A stretch of 44,056 nt of DNA from the NCBI GenBank assembly GCA_963588415.1, contig CAVAHB010000127.1, positions 1 to 44,056 on the forward strand, read 5' to 3'. A program made the translations under genes and the position numbers. This document shows, piece by piece, positions 38,633 to 44,056 of the stretch (positions are counted from its first letter, which is position 1; each line of letters opens with the position of its first letter). The notes under the pieces are model-generated. The model saw only the letters and a program-made list of their open reading frames with translations, ran no database searches and was not told the origin of the DNA. The stretch comes from Faecalibacterium sp. CAG:74. Lineage in GTDB: Bacteria; Verrucomicrobiota; Kiritimatiellia; RFP12; UBA1067.

Positions 38633-41131
38633 TTACGGCACGTCGTTCGGCGGAAGTCGCCGGCAGCTGACCGGACCGAGGAGGCCGGCATCCTCCAGCG
38701 GCCACGCCGCCGCGTCGAGAATCCCCGAGGCGCCGCCGCACGTGCCTTCGATGGTGCGCATGTTCGCGTCCTCGAAATACTTCCACTTCACGCCCGTCCG
38801 GTCGTTCCAGCGCAGGCGGTTCGCGCCCGTGTTCGTGACCTCGACGACCAGTTCGTTCTCGTCCTTCAGCGCGCCGGCGGGCACGTCGAAGCGATAGGGA
38901 GGCATGAACCGGCAGCCGAGGTCGCGTCCGTTCAGCCAGACGCGCGCCGAGTGCCGCACGTCGCCGAGGTCGAGAACCGCCGCCGTGCCATCCGTGCGCG
39001 GCGCGGCGAAGCGCGTCTCATAGCGCATCGTGCCACAGAACGGCTCCTCCTCGCCCGTTTCCGTGCGCGACCAGCTCGTGAGCGCACGCATCGTCCGGGG
39101 CTTCGGCAGCCGCGGCCCGCCGCAGACGGGCGTCAGCGTCCAGTCGCCCGCGATGTCGATCCGCGCACCGAGCGGACGCGCCGGCGCGACCGCCGAGGCC
39201 GGATCGGGCGCCGCCGAGACGGCATAGACGGACGACCCCCACGGGCCCAGGCGCACGCGAACCTTTCCGTCGGCCGTCCGCGCGCCGCGCACGGCCCCCG
39301 TCAGCGGGTCCATCTCCCAGGCCGCGCCGCAGGGGACGGAGACTTCCAGGTCTTCGGCGACCGGCTCCGCGCCGCCGTTGGCGACGAAGTAGAACGTGCG
39401 GCCGTCCGCGTCCGCCCGCCGCCACGCGGCGAGGCCGCGCACGGCGGCGAACGGCTCGACGCGCAGCCCCCGCGCGAGGTCGAGGACGCCGCGCCGCGAG
39501 ACGCGCGGATGCCCCTTCGCGAAGAGTTCCCGCAGCTCGCGCGTCTCCGCGTCGTGATTCAGGTAGCCCGGCGTCTCGTCCGGATACGCCTCCGCGAAGA
39601 CGACCTCAAAGCCCGCGTCGGCCAGCGCGAAGAGCCGCCGCGCCGTCGCGAGCGGCAGGGCCTTCGTCGCCGGCACGAGAATCCGCCGGTGCGGCCCGCG
39701 CCCGAACGCAAGCCGCGCCAGCTGGCGGTCGGACACGTAGTCAAACTGGACGCCCGCGTCGAAGAGCGTCCGCGCAATCCGCCCGAAGGGCAGCGCGTCG
39801 AACCAGTTCGCCCGATTGTGGACGGACATCGCCAGCGCGAAGCCATCGGGGCTGCGCCAGAAGTCGTGGATCGGCCAGTAGACGAGCAGGTCGTCGTCGC
39901 ATTTCGTCGCGCGGGAGACCGACTGGACGCGCGTCACGTAGGCGTTCAGGAAGCCGAAGTCGCGCCAGAGGGGGTTGCGGGGGTTCGTCTCGGACGAGGC
40001 GTAGAAACACCAGCCGGGCCACGCGGCATCGGTCGGCGAATAGCAGAGGCCGTGGTAGTAGACCTTGTCCACGCCGGCGAGGAGCAGGCGGTCGAGAAAC
40101 CGCTTGTAGTCGAGGGGCGTCTCGCGGAAGTGGTCGTTCAGCCACGTGCAGGACTCGGCGGAAGTCCACGCCTTGCCGCCGAGGTGGGCGGACGACGAGG
40201 CGAACTTCGAGACGAGGACGTCGCGATCGAAGAAGCCATACATCTCCGTCTCGGGGAAGTCGGCGAGGTCGTAGAAGTCGAGCCAGTTCGCGACGGAGCC
40301 GTGCGCCTCGTTCCGCGTCCGGATGCCGCGTGCGTGGCACCAGTCCACCCACTTCGGGAAGACGTCCTCTATAACGAGGTCGGAGAGCGTCTCGCGGTAG
40401 TCGTGCTTGAGGCGCCGCCGCGTCTCGACGTCGCCCGGGCCGCCGGCGAAGGCCGCCCAGTGCGCCATCAGGTCGTAGCCGCGCTTCTCCATGAAGAGGC
40501 GGGGGAAGTCGGGCGTCCAGCCCGCGTCGAAGTATTCCCACGAGTCGTGGTAGAGGCGCAGGGGCTTCGCCGCGCCCGGTCGGTCAAAGGCGTCCGTGAA
40601 CGGCTTCAGGAACGCCGACATCGCCTCGACGGAGTAGGGGTCCATCATCGGGCCGCGTCCGCCGGGCCCGGCCCGCTTGACCTGCTGGCCCGTCAGGCGC
40701 GGCTCGACCCACGGGGCCTCGCCCCCCTTCGTCCTCGCGAGCGCCCAGCAGCCCTGCTCGCGCGTCAGCTGCGGTCCGCCGAAGCACCAGCCGCTCCCGG
40801 TCGTCAGATCAACGCCGAGGCCGTGCGCCGCACCAATGCGGACGGCCGCCGCGAATGCCTTCATCCACGAGTCGTCCAGGAACGTCCTGAACGCGGCCTC
40901 GTGGCCTTTCGCGCCGTAGATGGGAATGACGTGGAAGCCGCCGAAGCCCTGCTCGGCGAGCGCACGGCATTGCGCCTCCAGCCCGGCCTCGTCGACCGCG
41001 CTGCCCATCCACCAGTTGTAGACCCACGGCCGCGTCTCGTTCGTGACCGTCGGCCACGCCGGCGCCGCCGACGACGCGGCGGACGCGACGACGCCCGCGA
41101 CGAAGAGGGCGACCGACCGCATGTTCATCAT
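38633..41131 (-). CDS. secreted glycoside hydrolase, GH106-like (alpha-L-rhamnosidase-like)
   Basis: 832 aa with a signal peptide. The N-terminal RPWVYNWWMGSAVDEAGLEAQCRALAEQGFGGFHV pattern is recalled from GH106-type proteins. The family call is tentative. Confidence 0.5.
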   Translation of the reverse strand: MMNMRSVALFVAGVVASAASSAAPAWPTVTNETRPWVYNWWMGSAVDEAGLEAQCRALAEQGFGGFHVIPIYGAKGHEAAFRTFLDDSWMKAFAAAVRIGAAHGLGVDLTTGSGWCFGGPQLTREQGCWALARTKGGEAPWVEPRLTGQQVKRAGPGGRGPMMDPYSVEAMSAFLKPFTDAFDRPGAAKPLRLYHDSWEYFDAGWTPDFPRLFMEKRGYDLMAHWAAFAGGPGDVETRRRLKHDYRETLSDLVIEDVFPKWVDWCHARGIRTRNEAHGSVANWLDFYDLADFPETEMYGFFDRDVLVSKFASSSAHLGGKAWTSAESCTWLNDHFRETPLDYKRFLDRLLLAGVDKVYYHGLCYSPTDAAWPGWCFYASSETNPRNPLWRDFGFLNAYVTRVQSVSRATKCDDDLLVYWPIHDFWRSPDGFALAMSVHNRANWFDALPFGRIARTLFDAGVQFDYVSDRQLARLAFGRGPHRRILVPATKALPLATARRLFALADAGFEVVFAEAYPDETPGYLNHDAETRELRELFAKGHPRVSRRGVLDLARGLRVEPFAAVRGLAAWRRADADGRTFYFVANGGAEPVAEDLEVSVPCGAAWEMDPLTGAVRGARTADGKVRVRLGPWGSSVYAVSAAPDPASAVAPARPLGARIDIAGDWTLTPVCGGPRLPKPRTMRALTSWSRTETGEEEPFCGTMRYETRFAAPRTDGTAAVLDLGDVRHSARVWLNGRDLGCRFMPPYRFDVPAGALKDENELVVEVTNTGANRLRWNDRTGVKWKYFEDANMRTIEGTCGGASGILDAAAWPLEDAGLLGPVSCRRLPPNDVP

Positions 41132-41182
41132 GTTTCTTCCCCTCGTTTGCCTGTGTCCGGGGTTGGCGGCGCTTCCGTCTCT

Positions 41183-42601
41183 TCAGAACAGATTCCTGAA
41201 CCAGCCGTCCGCCGTCGACTTGTAACCCGTCCACGGCTTGCCGCCCGCAAGCACCTGACGCGACTTCTCGTCAAACGTCGCACGCATCCCCGTGCGGAGC
41301 GCGGCGTTGGACATGATGAGCGCGACCGCGTGGCTGTAGCCCGCCTCGATCGGCGCGTTCGGGTTCGTGCGTGAGCGCACGCACTCCATCCAGTTGCGCA
41401 TGTGCACGGACGTGAGCGGGTCGTTGCCCGTGTTGGCGGAAGTCACGACCGTCTCCTTCGGCGCGGGCAGGTCTTCGTGCACAGGCTTCGCGCCTTCGAC
41501 GCCCTCGTTCGTGACGACGCCCGTGCCGAGGTCGATGCAGCCGTTCGGGCCGAAGTACTTCTCGACCGGCGACTCGCTGTTCGGATCCGTGCCGCCCGCA
41601 CAGTTCGTCTGGTGCGACTGGAACAGGACCTGGAAGCCCTTGCCCTTCACGCCCGACTCGCCGTATTCCATCAGCGTCGTGAACGTGTCGTAGCTCTGGC
41701 GCCCGTCCGCCCACTGGTAGAGGCCGCCCGACGAGACCGCGCTCTTCGGGTACGGCTGGCCCATGAACCACGCGACCGTATCGATCTCGTGGCACATCCA
41801 CTGGCCCGGAATGCCCGAGGAGAACGGCCAGAAGAGGCGGAACTCGAGGTACTTGCGCGGGTCGAACGGATAGGCGTCCGGGTCGCGGTCGAGAAGCCAC
41901 GTGTTCCAGTCGACGTCCTCCTTCTTCAGTGACTTGACGAGCGCCTCGCTGCGGCGCCAGCGGCACGGCTGGTTGACGTTCCATGTCAGGTGCACGTAGG
42001 AGATGTCGCCGAACTTGCCGGAGTTGATGTAGTCCTTCGCGGCCTTGTACTTCGCGCCGCTGCGGCGCTGCGAGCCGATCTGGAGGACGGCGCCCGGCTT
42101 CATCGCGCCGAGTGCGCGCTTCGCGTTCACCGCGTCAAGGAGCATGTTTGCCGAATACATATCCTCGGCAAGCGGCTTCTCGCAGTAGGCGTCCTTGCCG
42201 GCGTTCACCGCGTGGACGGCGTGCTGGGCGTGCTGGAAGTCGGCGGTCGAGATGATCACGGCGTCGATGTCCTTCGCGTTCTCGTAGAGCGAGACGTCGC
42301 TCGAGTAGGTCTCGACGGCGTGGCCGACGGCCTTCTCGATCTCCGGCTTCGCGTTCTCGAAGAGACGCTTCTTCCAGAGGTCGGCGACCGCGACGAGGTC
42401 GAAGTTGAGTTCCTTGCTGTGCTCAAGGAAGCACGGCAGGAGCGACTGGCGGAAGCGGTCGGAATAGCCGACGCAGGCGACGCGGATGCGCTCGTTCGCG
42501 CCGGCGGCATAGAGCGACGGGGCCTGGCCGAGGGCGAGAATGCCGGCCATGCCGGCTGCGCCCTTGACGAATTCACGACGGGTTGTCTTGACGGTTTTCA
42601 T
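41183..42601 (-). CDS. Tat-exported Gfo/Idh/MocA family oxidoreductase
   Basis: 472 aa. Has the twin-arginine motif KTTRREFVKGAAGMAGILALG and the Rossmann start IRVACVGYSDR. Confidence 0.85.
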   Translation of the reverse strand: MKTVKTTRREFVKGAAGMAGILALGQAPSLYAAGANERIRVACVGYSDRFRQSLLPCFLEHSKELNFDLVAVADLWKKRLFENAKPEIEKAVGHAVETYSSDVSLYENAKDIDAVIISTADFQHAQHAVHAVNAGKDAYCEKPLAEDMYSANMLLDAVNAKRALGAMKPGAVLQIGSQRRSGAKYKAAKDYINSGKFGDISYVHLTWNVNQPCRWRRSEALVKSLKKEDVDWNTWLLDRDPDAYPFDPRKYLEFRLFWPFSSGIPGQWMCHEIDTVAWFMGQPYPKSAVSSGGLYQWADGRQSYDTFTTLMEYGESGVKGKGFQVLFQSHQTNCAGGTDPNSESPVEKYFGPNGCIDLGTGVVTNEGVEGAKPVHEDLPAPKETVVTSANTGNDPLTSVHMRNWMECVRSRTNPNAPIEAGYSHAVALIMSNAALRTGMRATFDEKSRQVLAGGKPWTGYKSTADGWFRNLF

Positions 42602-43566
42602 CAGATGAGTCCTTTCATGGTTGTGAGTGCAGTTTCAAGATTCTTCGCGAAGTCGGCCTTCGCGCCCCAGCCGCATTCGCAGCTGATGCCGCCCGCGTAG
42701 CCGATGGCCTTGAGCGCGGCAAAGTAGGGGCGGAGGCGATCGACCGTTTCGGGTTCGCTTCCGGGGAAGTTGCGCGTCGCGTAGGAGGCGACATGGCAAT
42801 GCTTCAGGTGTGCGCCGGCGAGGCGCAGCGAGTCCGCCGGCTCGCGGCCCATCATCATGTGGAAGACGTCCGCCAGCAGGGCGAGGCGCGGCGAGCCGAC
42901 CTCCTCGCAGATCTGAAGCCCCTGCCAGACGAAGTTGACGACGTTCGACTCGTTCGGGCGCAGCGGCTCGACGACGACCGCGACCGTCTTCAGGTCGGCG
43001 ACGCGGCGGCAGAGTTCCGCGCAGAAGTCGCGGTACTGGTCGCGGCCCTTCTCGGCGTCAGGGCGACCTGCGGCGGTCTCGGCGAGGCAGTCGCCCGGCA
43101 CGTTGCGCGCGCCGCCCGAACCGAAGACAATCGTCTTCACATCAATTTCTTCGGCGCGGCGCAACACCGTCTCGGCGTAGCGGAGGGCCGGCTCGTGGTC
43201 GGCCTTCGGGCCCGTCAGGCGGAAGCGCCAGGGAATGAAGCCCGTGCAGCTCCGAAGCGGCAGAGGACGGGAGCGGATGAAGTCGCGCTGGCGCTTCCAC
43301 CACTCCGCGTCCTTCGTCGGGTCGAACGCCTCGCCGACGTCCCATTCCCAGAAATCGTAGCCGACGCTTTTCAGGAGCGCGGCATCGTCAGGCCCACGAC
43401 AGGCGCCGAAGAGGATTTTCGCCCCGCCCTTCCCCTTCCCGTCCGCCGCCGTCACACAACCGGCAAACCCCATCGCGCCCGCAGCGGTAAGCCCGCACAG
43501 GAAGTTTCGCCGCGTCAGATTCATGCCGTCATTTTCCTTTTCGTCGATTTGCCGCTTCTGTTCCAT
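42601..43566 (-). CDS. Tat-exported sugar phosphate isomerase/epimerase-family (xylose isomerase-like TIM barrel) protein
   Basis: ORF 42601..43701, trimmed to the ATG at 43566, with AAGGAC 7 nt upstream, the same spacing as its paralog at 19275. An alternative ATG is at 43524. Has the Tat motif MNLTRRNFLCGLTAAGAMGFAGC. Its stop overlaps the downstream start as TGATG. Confidence 0.7.
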   Translation of the reverse strand: MEQKRQIDEKENDGMNLTRRNFLCGLTAAGAMGFAGCVTAADGKGKGGAKILFGACRGPDDAALLKSVGYDFWEWDVGEAFDPTKDAEWWKRQRDFIRSRPLPLRSCTGFIPWRFRLTGPKADHEPALRYAETVLRRAEEIDVKTIVFGSGGARNVPGDCLAETAAGRPDAEKGRDQYRDFCAELCRRVADLKTVAVVVEPLRPNESNVVNFVWQGLQICEEVGSPRLALLADVFHMMMGREPADSLRLAGAHLKHCHVASYATRNFPGSEPETVDRLRPYFAALKAIGYAGGISCECGWGAKADFAKNLETALTTMKGLI

Positions 43567-43600
43567 CCGTCTTGTCCTTCTATGACTTTGATTGAAATGT

Positions 43601-43629
43601 ATTTTACCAAATCTCGCTTTGTCCGTCAA
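43601..43629 (-). promoter_or_regulatory. sigma-70 type promoter TTGACG-N17-TAAAAT with TGG
   Basis: Minus strand reads TTGACG (43624-43629) then TTTGGTAAAAT (-10 hexamer at 43601-43606). It lies 34 nt upstream of the ATG at 43566. Confidence 0.6.
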
Positions 43630-43659
43630 CGGTAGCCACGAAAAACTTTCGCCCGATTC

Positions 43660-43784
43660 GCCACAGAACACACTGAACGGCCTTCGGCCGACACAGAACA
43701 CACTGAATCTGCCTCCGAAGGGAGGTGAAGCCGACTTTCAGTGTCTTCAGTGTGCCGCGAAGCGGCTTCTGTGTGTTTAGTGGT
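43660..43784. repeat. 125-bp nested-hairpin element, copy 2
   Basis: Aligns without gaps to 28541-28665, with about 14 mismatches, 9 of them in the central segment. The central loop forms CCTCC-GAAG-GGAGG. Both mini-hairpins are conserved exactly. Confidence 0.9.
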
Positions 43785-43942
43785 AGAAACCCCGCCCCGC
43801 CCCCTCTACCTTTCTACAACTCAACACGGCCAACAAGCGCCGCGCCCAACCCCTGCGAACTCCGCGGCTCTGCGCGAGTTCCACGGCCAGCACCACAGTA
43901 CAGAGTAGCACACGAGTTCCCCTCCAGTTCAAAAAAAGTTGC

Positions 43943-43982
43943 CTTTCTGTCGGCGCGGCGAACCCTTCCTGTCCGACCGCCG
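43943..43982 (+). repeat. conserved junction motif, copy 3
   Basis: CTTTCTGTCGGCGCGGCGAACCCTTCCTGTCCGACCGCCG, followed 2 bp later by the second array. Confidence 0.9.
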
Positions 43983-43984
43983 TA

Positions 43985-44056
43985 CCACCCTATGGAGAAA
44001 TCGAAATCACTAGATGGAGAATGCGTACTCAATATATGGAGAAAGTCAAATCAATA
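43985..44056. repeat. second, degenerate 22-bp-period array, truncated by the window end
   Basis: ATGGAGA occurs at 43992, 44014 and 44036, an exact 22-bp period. The units CCACCCTATGGAGAAATCGAAA, TCACTAGATGGAGAATGCGTAC and TCAATATATGGAGAAAGTCAAA resemble the TCCATATATGGAGAAACCGAAA units of array 1. A fourth unit starts at 44051. Confidence 0.85.

Noticed and set aside
43592-43780. A conserved small peptide (NTLNGLRPTQNTLNLP..GG.ADFQC.QCAAKRLLCV) shared by ORFs at 43592..43780 and 28233..28793
   Set aside because: The similarity only reflects the 89% nucleotide identity of the 125-bp hairpin element. Substitutions are not biased to synonymous positions. In copy 1 the frame reads through unrelated repeat DNA, and no start or RBS is conserved.

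Overview
This is a GC-rich bacterial chromosomal segment with about 35 protein genes, most on the minus strand, and one tRNA-Cys. All calls come from motif recognition by eye; no homology search was run.

Gene content:
- **Housekeeping:** purF, type III glutamine synthetase, class II FBP aldolase, purM, pyrD, serC, an ABC-F ATPase, an LptF/G permease, a Mur-ligase-like gene and a Na/Pi cotransporter.
- **Glycan degradation:** GH81, a clan GH-A hydrolase, a GH2 beta-galactosidase, a GH106-like hydrolase, and Tat-exported Gfo/Idh/MocA and TIM-barrel enzymes.
- **Other:** a Flp/Tad pilin-only module and two ECF-type sigma factors fused to transmembrane segments. The gene set resembles PVC-group bacteria (Lentisphaerota, Kiritimatiellota, Verrucomicrobiota), but that is only a guess.

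No transposase, integrase, cas gene or recognisable defence gene was seen. The unusual signals are mostly non-coding:
1. A phased array of ten TCCATATATGGA palindromes at 22-23 bp spacing (28203-28415). It is fused to a conserved 36-bp junction motif, and the motif-plus-array unit recurs in degenerate form at the window end (43943-44056+).
2. A 125-bp nested-hairpin element in two copies that are about 89% identical, plus one fragment.
3. Six 23-bp tandem repeats, each carrying an NtrC-like TGCACC..GGTGCA dyad, about 310-450 bp upstream of a well-spaced sigma-54 promoter for the GS-III gene.
4. A 1144-aa ORF joining an ECF sigma, an anti-sigma-like membrane anchor and a beta-helix repeat domain. 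It has an internal SD-ATG-signal peptide and heads a beta-glucanase operon.
5. A C10 tract that separates a promoter/RBS/ATG leader from the GtrA body by one frame.
6. A recurrent TGGTATAAT-type extended -10, often 7-11 nt from the start codon, implying leaderless or near-leaderless mRNAs.

The functions proposed for the repeat arrays are hypotheses.
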